Shown here one piece after another: positions 12,373 through 26,789 of a DNA stretch of 64,000 nt. The DNA comes from Octopus vulgaris. Lineage: Eukaryota. The notes under the pieces were generated by a model, which saw only the letters and a program-made list of their open reading frames with translations, was not told where the DNA came from and ran no database searches. Both the position numbers and the translations under genes were made by a program. The DNA lies in NCBI GenBank assembly GCA_951406725.2, contig OX597826.1, forward strand, positions 21,266,001 to 21,330,000, written 5' to 3'. The stretch's first letter is position 1. Each line of letters starts with the position of its first letter.

Positions 12373-12821
12373 TATATACACACATGCACACACATATGCA
12401 TATGTATATATAAGTGCATATATATGTCTCCTTGCTTTGAGTTCATAGTTTGAAATGAATGTCTCCGGTGTGCATGCTGTGTCCTTTGTCTCCAATCTTT
12501 TGGAGGAAACATCTTTTTACAGAGGAAACTGGCGAAGGGTGGTGATAGGAAAGGCATCCAGCCGTAGGAAATATGCCTCTGGAAAATTTGTCTGACCCTT
12601 GCAAGCATGGAAAAGTGGAAGTTAAACAAGGATGACGATGATATATGCATACATATATATCATATATATATATATATATATAGGGAGAATTCATGAAAAA
12701 AACAAAAGACAAAGACAGGTGGTGTAGAAAACAAACATGTATTATCATAACGCTCGGGAATTGAAAATGTCTTTAACGTTTTGAGCCTATGCTCTTCCAC
12801 GGAAAGGAACACACACACACA

Positions 12822-12893
<72 letters not shown>

Positions 12894-14139
12894 CAGGGGT
12901 TGGACAAAATAATGGAAACACCTAGCATCATAGCATCATAATTTTGAAATATCTATAAAGCCGTCAAAAGCTTGTTTATTTTTATGTTTTTTGATTTATT
13001 ATTAGTGTTGCTTAATATGTTTTGCTGAAATTGCTGTTTCTTTTCAGATATCATCAAAAAAAGATAATTAAAATTCATTAAAATGACAAATCTATCAGAC
13101 TTTCAAAGAGGTCAAATTGTTGGTGCTCGTATGGCAGGCGCTAGTGTAATGAAAACAGCCGAAATGTTTGGTGTATCAAGAAGTACTCTCTTGAAAGTAA
13201 TGACAGCCTTTGAGAAACAGGGAAAAACCTCCTTGTCGAAACAAAACTCCGGAAGAAAACCAAAACTTTCAGATTGTTGGAAAGGATCACAAAAGTACAG
13301 CTTCTAAAATTACTGCAGAGCTTAATGACCACCTCGAGAACCCAGTTTCAGCAAAAGCTATTTGCCAGGAGCTGCACAAAGCTGGATTTCATGGGAGAGC
13401 TGCAATCAGAAATCCACTACTTTCAAAAACAAACGTTGCAAAGCATTTAGAGTGGAGAAAAACCTACAGAATTGGTCCCTAGAGAAGTGGAAGTATGTTA
13501 TTTTCTTGGACATGTTATCCTTTACCTTATTCCCGACAACTGGCCGAGTGTACATGTGGAGACAGCCAAAAGAAGCATTTGATCCAGATCGCCTTCTTCC
13601 AACTGTTAAAGATGGAGAATCTGTGATGATTGGGGGTGGGGGCTATATCTTGAAAATCCACCAGCCCAATGGTTTCCCTTCATGATAGAATTAATAGTTA
13701 AAACTATTTAAGCAATTATCTGATCAAATTCATCTTATGGTTGTGGAACTGTTTCCTGAGGAAAACACAATCTTTCAGGATGATAATGCACCAATTCACA
13801 CAGCTAAAGTTGTTACTGTATGGTACGAAGAACATTCTAGTGAAGTTGAACATCTTATCTGGCCACCACAGTCCCCAGATCTCAATATTATTGAACATTT
13901 ATGGTGCATTTTAGAAAAACAAGTAAGGAGTCGATATCCTTCACTATCATCACTACAAGAACTGGAGACTGTTTTAGCTGAAGAATGGACAAAAGTTCCT
14001 GTGGAAGCAATTCAAACTTTGTATGAGTCTATACCTCATAGGATTCAAGCTGTAATTACTGCTAAAGGTGGTCCTACTCCATATTAAAATAAATTTGTAT
14101 GAAATTTTAAGGTGTTTTCATTATTTTGTTCGCCCCCTG
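12894..14139 (+). mobile_element. Full-length Tc1-family DNA transposon (defective) inserted in (TA)n
   Basis: About 29-bp TIRs CAGGGGTTGGACAAAATAATGGAAACACC / GGTGTTTTCATTATTTTGTTCGCCCCCTG, with TA on both sides. Confidence 0.95.
13083..14087 (+). pseudogene. Tc1 DD34E transposase, frameshifted
   Basis: LSDFQRGQIVGARMAG (HTH), NSGRKPKLS, WKYVIFLD, FQDDNAPIH, WPPQSPDLNIIEHLW and AVITAKGGPTPY, spread over four ORF pieces. Confidence 0.95.
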
Positions 14140-14229
14140 TATATATATATATGTGTGTGTGTGTGTGCATGTGGATATGGATATATAAATGTGTATGTGT
14201 GTGAGTGTGTATATATATATATATATATA

Positions 14230-14436
14230 TATACAATAACATGTTACATTACTCGATAGTCAAGATAAAACTCTGAGTTTCAGATGCCGAAGTGGAAATC
14301 CACAACACCATCTCTTCGGTTATCTGGCTTTCAAATAGCCAGATAACCGAAGAGATGGTGTTGTGGATTTCCACTTCGGCATCTGAAACTCAGAGTTTTA
14401 TCTTGACTATCGAGTAATGTAACATATTATTGTATA
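14230..14436. repeat. Near-perfect 207-bp palindrome with a hammerhead-like motif in each arm
   Basis: Arms of about 100 bp surround the loop TTCAAAT (14330-14336). An arm reads ATAGCCAGATAA-CCGAAGA-GATG..CATCT-GAAA-CTCAGAG-TT-TTATCTTGACTAT. Confidence 0.9.
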
Positions 14437-14564
14437 GATAAATTTCCTCTATTTACATAATATTGAGGTCTCTTTCTTTCTTTTGTTATCTTACCGTTTT
14501 ACCAATATATATATATATATATATATATAGATATATCCTTTTTTATCATTTATTTTGCAAATTA

Positions 14565-14775
14565 AGGCAGTGAACTACAGAATTGTTAGCATGCCAGGCA
14601 AAATGCTTCACAGCACTTCATCCATCTTTACATTTTGAGTTCAAATTCTGCCAAAGCCGTCTTTGCTTTCCATCCTTTCAGGGTCAATAAGATAAGTACC
14701 AGCAAAACACCGGGGATCAATGTAATCACCTCGTCGTCCCCTCACAAATTTCAAGCCTTTAATGGAAAGGATTAT
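14565..14775 (+). mobile_element. tRNA-derived SINE with Meta-like domain, tail type 1 (also 46190-46385)
   Basis: GAGTTCAAATTC B box and CTTTGCTTTCCATCCTTTCAGGGTCAATAAGATAAGTACCAG domain, with tail AAATTTCAAGCCTT..GAAAGGATTATT. Confidence 0.75.
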
Positions 14776-15876
14776 TTATTTTGCAATTAGTCCCATATTT
14801 CTGCTCATTAGTGTTTAACTGACATAAATAAGAACTAGCATTATTACAAAACAGGCACAGAATCATTGAAGTAGAAGCTTCCAAATATTGGCAGAAATTC
14901 TTGGTATTCTGTAATTTGTTAGATAACAACTACCAAAGTACATTAAAACTTTTGTTGCTAGGAGTGGTTGTAGAATATAATTGTAGTAATTTTGGAATAT
15001 TAAGGTTGCTTTCATTGCAGAAATTAACAAATATTTTGGGGTCAAATGATAATAATAATTATTTGCATGAGAATTATTGTGTTTGGTAGTTCTATTTTAA
15101 CATGCTACCAAAGACTTGCAGTGAAAATGAAATGGTTTTATGTTGATGTGGAATGTTCACTGAATATTTGCATTTTTGTTCACTGCCAGCCTCATTTTTG
15201 ATGCTCTTGTGATTTTGGTTTCCCCTAGTTGGTAGGTCTGGAGACAGATCCAGTGCCCGTAGCCTTCACAGACTCTTGTAGATTCATGCAGCTGATGCAT
15301 TTAAGGTTTCTCTTGAATCTTTGCAAACCAACACCTTCAAGAAGGACATAGAGAGAATTCCAGGGGGATGACATTCTTAAAAGGAAGGACTGGTTGAAGG
15401 CCAGGGAGGGTGGGGTTGAACATAAGAAAGATAACAAGGAGGAGAGAGGAGATCATGAATGCCCAATAGACAGTGGCATGACCCCAACCAGCTTTAACTC
15501 TTAAATGGGGGTGGGGAGATACATCATCAGTCGATGTTTCAAAATTTTCCACTGATGTCCAAACGTCTTCATCAACGCTTCCTAAGCTTAAGAGGCTCTA
15601 ATCAATGGGAGAAATCAAGTCGCAAATGGAAGATTTATACAGCAATGATGGAGAAGTTTTTCCTGATTTTTGTTTGTCATCATCATCAGATGATGATAAC
15701 GATGATGCTCTAGATAGCTTCAGTTAGTTCTGGATGGAAAAAGCACATTGATTTTCTTTTATTTTGCCATTCATTTGACAACAATGCAGGAATCTGAAAT
15801 GAATTTAGACAAATGATTTCATTGCCCTTCTGTCCTAACTTATATAATCTAAGAGAGTTAAAATATCATTTTCATA

Positions 15877-15924
<48 letters not shown>

Positions 15925-16113
15925 TGTGTGTGTGTGTGTGTGTGCGTGTGGGTATGTATGTATGTTTGTATCATGCCTGCTATCAATCTGATGGTATATA
16001 TGTGCCTCATAATATGTTCTGTATCTACTATAATTGATGTCTTTCACCTGGTGTATACATCCACCACTTAATGTTTTGTGTATGCGTGTGTGTGTGTATA
16101 GATAGATAGATAA

Positions 16114-16160
<47 letters not shown>

Positions 16161-17748
16161 TAGATATATAAATTCAAAAAATGGAACAAAAACACAACAG
16201 ATGACAGTAAAACATCTAGACAAATACACGGTACAAAGACAAACAAGAAAAACAGTAAAAAGACAGTTGGGAAAAACCAAGGCAGGGTCATTCACAGCCT
16301 TCTCTCATCAGTCATGTTTCCAGATCATCCTAACAGTTTTGGGCGGTTACATATATATATGTATATATGTATATATATATATATAAATTCCTTTAATACT
16401 ATTAAACAAAGCACAATTTGCATAAATTTGAATTTGTTTTCTTTTATTGTTTTGTTTTTTTAAGGAAAATGATTACATTTGTTTCTAAAGGAGAAGGTTG
16501 TAATTGTTGTTTTGAACTAGATCAGTCTTGAATGCACAGACAATCCAGTCATGACCATCTTATTTTTGTCCTATGAGCAAGGCACTTGGGACTACATTGT
16601 CAAGCACATTCCTTTTTAAGACAATAAGAAGGAAGATTTGGCTGCTATTTCTAGTGTGTCATGTTACTGCATAGAGTCTCCACGATTCGGCTCATGTTTG
16701 TGATGTGTACCCAATAAGTGGCTGTAAAATTAGCGTTCTAATTAAAACAACTTAAAAACAATGAAGTAATGGATGTAATAAATTATCTAAATATCAAAAC
16801 TGATCAATAACATGGCTAGGCTCGTTATAGAAGTGAGAGGATTAGTAACGAGCTAATTTTGTACACAACATGCTATCAATCAAAAATTGAAGTGTTTGTT
16901 GTTGTTGTTGGTTTGACTTCAGATCTTTTAAAAATGTCTCCAGCAACTCCATGGCACAGCTCGATGTCACTGATTGAAAGTTCAACAGATTAGATTTCCC
17001 AACATAGTAAATCAATCAGAGAAGAACTGGGCTAATGTACTGATTACAGCATTTTTAATATAGTCTTTAATGAAGTGGTTTATTTGTGAATTCCATTAAA
17101 AAAAATTCTAAAATATTTTCATGGTTTATTTAGAGAAGAAACAATAGCTCTTAAAGCCTTGTTTCAGCATCTCTGAATTTATCATTGATTTTGCCACTAA
17201 AGTAGCTCAGGGCTGGCAGGGGAGGGTAGATTTGGTGAAGAATTAGGTCTTCCAAACAGCTTCCATCAACCAAATTTCCTGCCCAAGGTTTGTGTTGACA
17301 TGAAGCTATGTATAACACCCTTTCCCAAGGTGCCACACACAAGGATTGAACCTGGAGTCATGTAGTTGTCAGAAGTGGAATTGTTAATCACACAGCTATA
17401 CTTAGAACCTGAAAGTTGAGATGATTTAAGAGCTAAAGTGGAATCTGGTGCCCAGATTCAATTCCTTACTGAAATCATGTTAATTATAACTCTGCTTATA
17501 AGGAAAGGATGAAAATCACACAATCATATTTCCATTGTTATTTTTGAATTGTTGTTTCTATGTTATAAGTGCATGCATGGAGATGTGGTTAAGGAATTTT
17601 AAGGAGTTTATTTTCTAACTACATGGTTCCAGGTTCAAACCCTCTGTGTGACTCCTTCAGCAAGTGTTTTCTGCTATATCTATCCAGTGAGTGGAATTTC
17701 ATATAACTATACAGAAACCTCTCTCTCTCTCTTTCTCTCTCTCTCACT

Positions 17749-17781
<33 letters not shown>

Positions 17782-18411
17782 TATATATATATATACATAC
17801 ATGCATGTATGAGGAGAAAGGACAACAAAAACCAAGGCAGGACAAGTATCTCAAGTCATTTAGAATATTTAATTAAAGTAAGGTGAATTTGAAGTAATTA
17901 ATTAATTAATTAGTTAATTAATTAATTGGATGTCTTACACCTGTCTCTGGGATATCCCAAATAATAGGCTAGCATCTCCATACACTGGGTATTCTGTCAT
18001 CAGAGACAAGGTGAGTGTGTATAAAAGTTCTAGACAGGGAATTCACAGTTTGTAAAGGCATAAAATAGTAGAAAGAAGAATAAAGAGTAAAACAATAGAT
18101 AGATAGATAAATTTCTTTATTGGCCACACAGGGCTAAACACAGAGGGGACAATTACAATGTAGAGTTTTTCTTTTCGGGGGGGAGGGGGCGAAAACAAAG
18201 TAAAAAAATTGGGACAACGATCAAAATGGATCGAAATCGTTGGGGATATAGGCAAAAAAATGTCGAAATAGTACAAAAAGTTCCCAAGAAATGGGGAGGT
18301 TTATCTGTGGAAAGAAAAACCTACAAAAAGACCACAGTAACCTCGGGCAATTACGTCACATATTAACATTTATTTACAAATAAGTAACTCTCTGTATTAA
18401 ATTTTTACATT

Positions 18412-21399
18412 TCATAGGATCATGTTCAAGGTGGCTTCATCATTCATACGTGCCATCCTTGCTACATTTACCCATCTTTTTTTGAAACAGTCGCTAGACA
18501 AAACTTCCCCCTCTACTCTCACTTTCCTTGTCAAGTGATACTTGAAAAAGTTGATGAGAGATCAACCAGAGAGGAAAGTGTTTGTCTCCAATCCTTTCAG
18601 ACGCGTCCACCAGATACATTCTTTCGCCATAGCTACAAGGATGATGAAAATAGCCTGACCATCTATCGTCAATATCAACGATATTGACGATAGACTCAGC
18701 TGATAAACCGACTCGTCCCACACGTGACAGCAGTCATTCGACATAAGCCCACACGTCGAAAATGGTTGGACACTGCACGATTGCATGCAGAACGGTTTCG
18801 TCGCTCTGACCGCATCTCGGGCAGGTCAGCCCCGTGGTTCCCGAGCCGTGTCTGTAGAGCTTATCCTGAACAGGTAGCGCTTCTCGATAGCACTGGCAGG
18901 CCAGGGATCTCTGGAAGTTGTCCATAGGTCCCGGCCCGAAAGTCGTCCTGAGCAGGCGGGTCAGGTATTCCTTGTCAACGCCCAGGTTCGCCCTGAGATC
19001 GTCGTCGTACCTCCCCCCCCACTAATCCCCTATAAAATGCTTTCATGGTGATGCAGTTGCTCAAGTTCGACCCAGGACGGCAGAGTTGCTGGAGAGCAAT
19101 GCAACACTTGCGGTGCCATTCGCCCTTCCTCGGCCTCTTTTTGATCCACGATTGCAGCTCGGCCATGGACACGAGTTGCGGGAAAGCGCAACGCACAAAC
19201 GGCAACCACACCTGCTTACCGGCGTGTACGTAGAGCCTGAGATGTTGCAGTCTCAGTGCGTGTTTGCGCATCATCAACCACGGCATGCCCAGCCCTCATT
19301 TCAGCGGGTGCTGACAGCAAACGGATCGCCTGACCATCGGAACGTTTCCTTTCCACAAGAAGCGGAAGAGGATGCGCTCCAATTTGGTGATGGTAGGGTC
19401 GGAACAAGGCATGACGGTCAGGCGGTAGTTGATGACGGGTGCGATATACGCATTCGCCAGCTTCCGCAGTAGTGGCTCAAGAGTCAATACGTACAGAAGC
19501 GACGAGAGGGGGCATCCCTGACAGACCGAATGTGCAATGTCGAAAGGTCTCGATAGATGCCCATTCACACGAATTACCAAACGGATGCCTCTGTACAAGG
19601 CAGCCATCCAGCCGTGGAAGACGGGAGCGATGCCGGCCGCTACGAGGACAGCCTCCAAGTATCAATGGTCTACCCTATCGAAAGCTTTCGATTGATCCAA
19701 ATTGATCAGGCCCCCACCCACACCAGGTTCCTTAGCTACCCTGTCTATGATGTAGCGCATCAGATGGCGGTTGTCATGGATGCTCTGGCCCGGCACGGCA
19801 CACGTTTGCATCTTGTTGACCAGTTTCACGATGACAAGGGCCAACCTCTTGGCTAACATTTTGGCCAAAATTTTCAAGTCTGCATTAAGCAGAGTGATGG
19901 GCCTAACGTTATCTATTACATTCCCCTTGTTTGGATCTTTCTTTAGCAGCGTTACGGCTCCTCAACTCACCACTGCCAAGACGTCTCCAAACAAGTCTGG
20001 CATACAACTGTAAAGCTCGTAGAGCAGACCATCCAAACCCGCCGATTTGTCCCTCGAGCATTCTGCCATCGCGTCCTGCATTTCCGCCGCCATGATGGCA
20101 CCTTCGCAGCGCCCAGCCTCTCTTGTCGAGAGTTGTGGTAGGCTGTGTAGGTAGGCACCGAAGTCCACCCTACATTCTTGCCCGCAACTCATCCCAAACA
20201 GTCGGGCAAAACGCTGTTGAAAGGCCTCACACATTTTACTTGGCTCGAGCAATTCGCGCCCCTGTTCATCTACCAGAGACCGAATGGTGGCTTTCTTGCC
20301 CTGTTGCGCATCTGCCACCCGGACTTCTCTCGCGGCTCCAACACCTTCGTTCCTTAGAGCACGCATCCTAGCTCTGACAACACACCCTTCGTGTTTGGCG
20401 TTGAAGTGTTGGTCGAGGGCCAACTTCGCCACCAAAACGCCAGATGCGATTCCGCTTCTAATTGCCTCTTCTAGCTTCTTAACTAGCTCACCCTCTACTC
20501 TCTTTCTATCTATGGGTAGTGCTTTGCTGTACCTAATCGCTTCTGCTTTTACTGCTCTCTTGAGAGCAAACAACCATTTGTTGTTGATGATGACTCCCAT
20601 CAAATCCCTCTTTACTAGTGTGCTCATCCGGTCTCTGAAAACCTGTCTCGACGGGAAAGACGCATTCAGTTTCCATTAACCATGAACCTGCCTATATGCC
20701 TTATCTAAGTCTAGCATACACGTCACAAGTTTGTGATCTGTGTAGCTGACTATGCGGAGTTGTGAACATTCTAAGCTATCCCTATCTGCTGCTCTGCATA
20801 GTATCCTATCTAGATACAATCTCGACAACCCGATGCAGTTGCTCCATGTCCCCATTGGCACATTCGAGTGGTTGTGTCGGTACCTGTCAGACAGTTGAAA
20901 GCGTCTGAGCAGGTCTCTGATGCATTTACATCCCCGTCTATTTTCATCTCTCCCCACGTAGTCTAAATATGTGTCCAAGGTAGCATTCCAATCCCCCACT
21001 AAAAGTAAAGGACGAGACGTTCCCAGGAATACTTCTAGACATCGAAAGAAATCCGCCCGACCTGTTAAAGGTGGTGCATAGACTGCCAGCAGTCGAACAA
21101 CACACCCATCACTGCCGTTGACATCCAAGACAACCAGTCTACCCTCCGGGTCTACTAATATCGTCTTTACTTCGAGATCCAGACTCTTGCGAAAAAGTAC
21201 CACCCATCCTCGGCAGACAGGGAGAAAAATAAATGTTAAACTGTCCGCCAAACATGGTCTTTAGGGCCCGTGGTTCATGGAGTCTGGTCTCACTTATTGC
21301 TATGATTTCCAAATTATGTGACTTTATGTCATTTAAAAGATACTCTTGTTTCCAAGGGGACCCCAAGCCACGTGCATTCACACAACCAATCTTGACCAT
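18412..21399 (-). pseudogene. Tx1 ORF2 (AP endonuclease, reverse transcriptase, C-terminal CCHC), copy A
   Basis: GCVNARGL..ISETRL, LVGDWNA, YTDHKLV, KSAGLDGL, LINLDQSKAFDRVDH, QGCPLS and CPRCGQSDETVLHAIVQC. It has many breaks, and the YADD region is deleted near 19455. Confidence 0.93.
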
Positions 21400-21448
21400 G
21401 ATCCTATTGAGTTGTGTGCTTTAAAACACAAACGAAAGGAACAGAGAG

Positions 21449-23322
21449 TTACTTACCTTTCGAAAGATTTGTCTCCTTTGATTTTTCATCAAGGAGGCTG
21501 TTATACATTTTTTTGCATAAATATCTATGACATTCTCCTACTGCATTGGGATAGAGCGATTTTAGTGTGTGGTGCAATGTTGGTGATTTGTGATAAATTT
21601 TTATGTGTTCTGGTAGTGTTGTGTGTGGGTGGTTGTTCGTTTTAATGTCGTTTTCTGTAATGTTTGTGTTTGTGTTGATGTATTTCATCAACTCTGTGTT
21701 TTTGGTGTCTATGGCTGTGAGCATATTCTTTGTAGGTATTTTTGTGGCGTTGATATTGTTTGTGGTAGGGTTGAGATGTCTTCGGGAGATGTATATCTCC
21801 CTGCTTTGTTTGCATTTGTATTGGATTTGGTTCTTTTTTTGCTCCTTTCCCTCCTCCCTTTTCTGGCTATTTGCCATTCGTCAGTGCTTTCATCTTCCAA
21901 CGAAATTTCCAAGGAATCGGAAGGGTGTGTTGTAGGCTTCAATGTATGTTTGTGCAGTTGGTTGTGTTGTTGTTTTCGTTGATGCTGGTTGTTGATTGCT
22001 TGTGTGTGGTGTGTGTGATGTGGGGGAAAGGGAATCAGTTTTTGTATTGTCTTTTGGTTTTACTGTTTCTTTAGTTCTTGTTGTTGGTGGTGTTTTTTCA
22101 GATGTTGTATGTTCATTTGTTGGTGTTGGCGGGTTTGGTTTTGTACTCCCTTTGTTTGTCCTCTGTGCTGATGGTGGTATGGGTAGTAATGGTTCTTTTT
22201 TCTTTTGACTTTTTCCTTGTTGTGGTTGTTGTTCTTGTTCTGGTTTTTGTTGTTGTTTTGTTGCTGTTGGGCAATCACTTTTTAGGTGTTCCTCCCTGCC
22301 ACACAAGTAACAGCGAGGCCTCCTACCCTCTACCACCACGTAAAGGAAATTGCCATCTGGCAGTTCAGTTTGGTGGGGGATGTTATTGATTTGGTTTTGA
22401 TCTATTTGCATCAATAACTGAACCATTTTCCTCGACCATTTCTTTTCCTCCAAGGTAACAAATTCGAGAATATTTTATTCTCCTCCATTTTGTAGCAAAT
22501 GGCTGGCAACAGCCATTGTGACTCTATTTCTGGAGGGACATTTTTTATTGAAATTTTGGTCATGCGTTGACCAAGGTAGGTCGGAATTAAAATGAGTTTT
22601 TCCGACTGTAAGGTGAGCGTCGAAAGTTCTTTCGCTCTTTCTTCGCTGTTGAAGCGAACCTGTATTGTGGCATATTTGTTTCCCCAATTTAAATAATTCT
22701 TGTAGGCCCATATTGGCGGTAAACATTTTTCAATGAGTTTTGGTTGTACTTGTTCTGGTCTGCGTGTTTTTGCGTTTAGAACTTTGTATATTATTGTTTT
22801 CTTTTGTGTGTTGTCTATGTTTTGTGGTATATGTAAGCGTAAATGTGAACCTTCTTCAGTTAACAGGGCTTTTGTCTGTTTTATTTGTTCTGTTGTGAAA
22901 TGTAGTATTGTCTTTTTTTGTTTTAACGCTTGTGCAAAAGTGGGTTTGGTGGTAGTGTTGGTGGCAGAGGTGTCACTTGTAGTAGTCGAGGTTGTAGTAG
23001 TGGTGTTGTTGTTGGCAGTTATGCTAGACGGCAAAATGATGATATCGTTGTTGTTGTTGTTGTTGTTGGTGGTGGTGGCAGTGATAGTCTCGTTGTTGTT
23101 GTTGTTGGTGGTGGTGGTGGTGACAGGGCTGTTAACGAAAGTGGTTGCAGCGTTCACTTCCACGTCACTTAGGTTTGTCTTTGATCTCTTACTTGTCATG
23201 TCTGTTCTATTAGAATGTGTGTGCGTGCAGGAGTTCTTTTTTTCTCCTAGCGTTTCAAGGCTGGAGAAATGCTGGTCCATGAAGGAATTTGACCAGCGTT
23301 CAACAATAAAATTTTTCGACAT
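21449..23322 (-). pseudogene. Tx1 ORF1 (gag-like), copy A, three frameshifted pieces
   Basis: T/N-rich N-terminus, a conserved core, the knuckle VEGRRPRCYLCGREEHLKSDCP, and a C-terminal block MLTAIDTKN..DIKTNNHP shared with copies B and C. Confidence 0.88.
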
Positions 23323-26177
23323 TTTTTAATGTCGAGAAGAAAAATATACAATTTAATTAGTGTTGAAACTGCCCCTAGGGGCCAATTCCTCCCTTGGAAA
23401 AGCATTCAAATGAAAGTTGGGTGCTTTACACACCTTATTTACAAAAATGTACACAAAATGGGGTCAATAAATAGTCAAGATAAACGATTACCTTCAGAGC
23501 CGATGTGACAACACGTCAGTTGATAGATAGATATGTTTCTTTATTAGCCACACAGGGCTGCACACAGACGGGACAGATCACAAAGTAGAGCTTTTCTTTT
23601 TTGGGGAACGAAAAAAAAAGGTGGGGTAGGTTTTCGATCAAAAGAGATTGTAAAAGGGAAAGAAGAAGAAAAAAAGAAAAAAAGGAAAAGAAACAAAAGA
23701 AAAAAAACGATCAATAGGGATCGTGTATCACAGTGTCATGATGTAAAGTGTAAAGCAGATAAGGTTTATCCGTGGGAAGAAAAGCCTACGGAAAAGACCA
23801 CGGTAACCTCGGTCAATATTGTTACATGTTACCACATTTGTTTGCAAGTAGGTAACCCTCTGTTTTAAATTTCCGGATTCATAGGATTATGCTCAAGGTG
23901 GCTTCGTCATTCATACGTGCCATCCTTGCTACACTCACCCATCTTTTATTAAAACATTCGCTAGACAAAACTTGCCTCTCTACTCTCACTTTCCTTTTCA
24001 AGTGGTACTTAAAGAAGTTGATGAGAGATTGACCAGAGAGGAAAGTTTTTGTCTCCAATCCTTTCAGACGCGTCCACCAGATACATTCTTTCACCATAGC
24101 CACAAGGATGATGAAAATAGCTCTTCCTTCCCGTTTGAAGGAAGGAGGCGTGACAATATTGACGATAGACTCAGCTGATAAACCGACTCGTCCCACACGT
24201 GACAGCAGTTGTTCGACATAAGCCCACGGGTCGAAAATGGTTGGACACTGCACGATTGCATGCAGAACGGTTTCGTCGCTCTGACCGCATCTCGGGCAGG
24301 TCGGCCCCGTGTTTCCCGAGCCGTGTCTGTAGAGCTTATCCCGAACGGGTAGCGCTTCTCGGTAGCACTGGCAGGCCAGGGATCTCTGGAAGTTGTCCAT
24401 GGGCCCTGGCCCGAAAGTCGTCCTGAACAGGCGGGTCAGGTATTCCTCGTCGATGTCCAGGTTCACTCCGAGCTCGTCATCGTACCTCCCCTCCACTAAT
24501 CCCCTATAGAATGCTTTTGTTGTGTTGAAGTCACTCAAGGTCGACTCGGGAAGGCATAGTTGCTTGAGAGCAACGCGACACTCGTGGTGCCATTCCCCGT
24601 TTCTCAGCCTCTTTTTGATCCACGACTGCAGTTCGGTCATGGAGACAAGTTGCAGGAAAGCGTGCCTCACAAACGGCGACCACACCTGTTCACCGTCGTC
24701 TACGTAGAGCCTGAGATGTCGCAGTCTCAGCGCGGGTCTGCGCATCATCAACCACGGCATGTCCAGTCCTCCTTTTAATGGGTGTGGGACGAGGCGCGAC
24801 GGTCAGGTGGTAGTAGATGACGTACGCGATGTACGAGTTCGCCACCTCCGCCCGACCTTTTAGGGACAGTTTCCTCTCGGCCCATTGCCGGGCGAGAGTG
24901 ACCACCCTACTCGTTATCTCGTTCCAGTTCTTCTCCATTTGGAGGTCCACACCAAACCAGACCCCCAGCAACACGACCGGACCGTCGGTCCAGCGTCCCA
25001 CGACGGAGGTGCTGGTGGACTGCATGGGCTTACTTCTCTAGATGCCAAGTCGCATGCCCACTGATTTTTCCTGGTTGATTTTCGCTCCTGTCACCGCTTC
25101 ATTGTCTTTCAGTGTCTCGCCGACCTGCTCGATGTCCTTGTAGCTAGACACTATGACGGTGACGTCGTCCGCGTATGCAAACACGCTTATCCCGCACCCC
25201 AATTCTCGTGGGATGCCTCTCAGAGTTGCCAGCTTCCACAATAATGACTCGAGAGTCAATACGTACAGAAGCTACGAGAGGGGGCATCCCTGACGGACCG
25301 AATGTGCAATGTCGAAAGGTCTCGATAGATGCCCATTCATGCGAATTACCAAACGGATGCCTCTGTACAAAGCGGCTATCCAGCCGCGGAAGACAGGACC
25401 GAAACCAGCCACTCTGAGGACAGCCTCCAAGTATCGATGGTCTACCCCATCGAAAGCTTTCAATTGATCCAAATTGATCAGCGCCCCACCCATGCCAGGT
25501 TCCTTAGCTACCCTGTCTATAATGTAGTGCATCAGATGGCGGTTGTCATGGATGCTCCAGCCCGGCACGGCGTCTTGTCGACCAGTTTCTCAATGACAAG
25601 CGCCAACCTCTTGGCCAAAATTTTCAGGTCTGCATTAAGCAGAGTGATGGGCCTAAAGTTATCTATTACATTCCCCTTGTTTAGATCTTTCTTCAGCAGT
25701 GTTACAGCTCCTCGGCTCACAAAACCAGGAATGCTCCCGTTTGCTGTCAGTTGCAGTACACCACTGCCAAGACGTCTCCAAACAAGTCTGGCATACAACT
25801 GTAAAGCTCGTAGGGTAGACCATCCAAACCCGGCAATTTGTCCCTCGAGCATTCTGCCATCGCGTCCTGCATTTCCGCCGCCATGATGGCACCTTCGCAA
25901 CGCCCTGCCTCTCCTGTCGAGAGTCGTGGTAGGCTGTGTAGGTAGGCACCGAAGTCCACCCTATGTTCTTGCCCGCCACTCATCCCGAACAGTCGGGCAA
26001 AACGCTGTTGAAAGGCCTCACACATTTTACTTGGCTCAAGCAATTCGCGCCCCTGTTCATCTACCAGAGACCGGATGGTGGCCTTGTTGCCCTGTTGCGC
26101 ATCTGCCACCCGGACTTCTCTCGCGGCTCCAACACCTTCGTTCCTTAGAGCACACATCCTAGCTCTGACAACACACC

Positions 26178-26775
26178 TGTAACGAACTTAGTGTGAATCT
26201 CTTCTCTTGTACTTTCGGGGTACAAGAAAGCAATCACTAGCCGTTGCTTTAATAATCCAGAATTCTACCAGTCAGAAACAACAAGACGCAGACGTAAAAG
26301 ATATATATACTACTTTATTCTCTTTCTTGGTAACATTAACAATAAGTGGTTATCTGATGTCCTTGGTTCTGGGTGCGCAAGGCTGAAAGTTAATCGATTG
26401 TAATATTTACAATGTTCAGCCGCCAAAAACGGAACGAGTTAAAGATGGCGTCCGGAACAGGGAAGATGAACGTGGTCGGCAACAATTTGGTGAAAACCTT
26501 CGGCCGACTGCTATCAGAGCTGGACAGCTAGAAAATATACGTCCGTCGCCTTCGTCGCTGCCGTCCCAAGTCGCCGCTTGCTGGACGCTGGTAGTCAACG
26601 TCTTACGACCCCCTTGCCTCGGCTAACTGCTACGTAGGCAAAAGGGTTCTTCTTCCGGTGCTTCGTGCATGCGCGAGAGGGCCCTTCCTCTCTCTTGGTG
26701 AAGGCACCAACACCACACGCGCGAAATAGAAAATGGACGGTGCGCGCGCGCGCACCGTTATATAGGATCACTACA
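26178..26775 (-). repeat. 3' LTR
   Basis: Near-identical direct repeat of 28314-28910. Confidence 0.95.
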
Positions 26776-26789
26776 AGGCTCCCCTCCAG
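26776..26789 (-). promoter_or_regulatory. Polypurine tract
   Basis: Minus-strand GGAGGGGAGCCT lies immediately before the 3' LTR (TGTAGTGATCC). Confidence 0.7.

Larger units (their letters stand above)
18111..23520 (-). mobile_element. Tx1-clade LINE copy A (both ends present, internally deleted and frameshifted)
   Basis: The 5' end matches copy C. It has ORF1 with a CCHC knuckle and ORF2 with APE-RT-zinc finger, and ends AATAAAGAAATT(TATC)3. Confidence 0.95.

Noticed and set aside
15530-15720. Ser/Asp-rich exon-like stretch on the minus strand
   Set aside because: It has an in-frame TAG, no clean splice sites and no recognisable domain.
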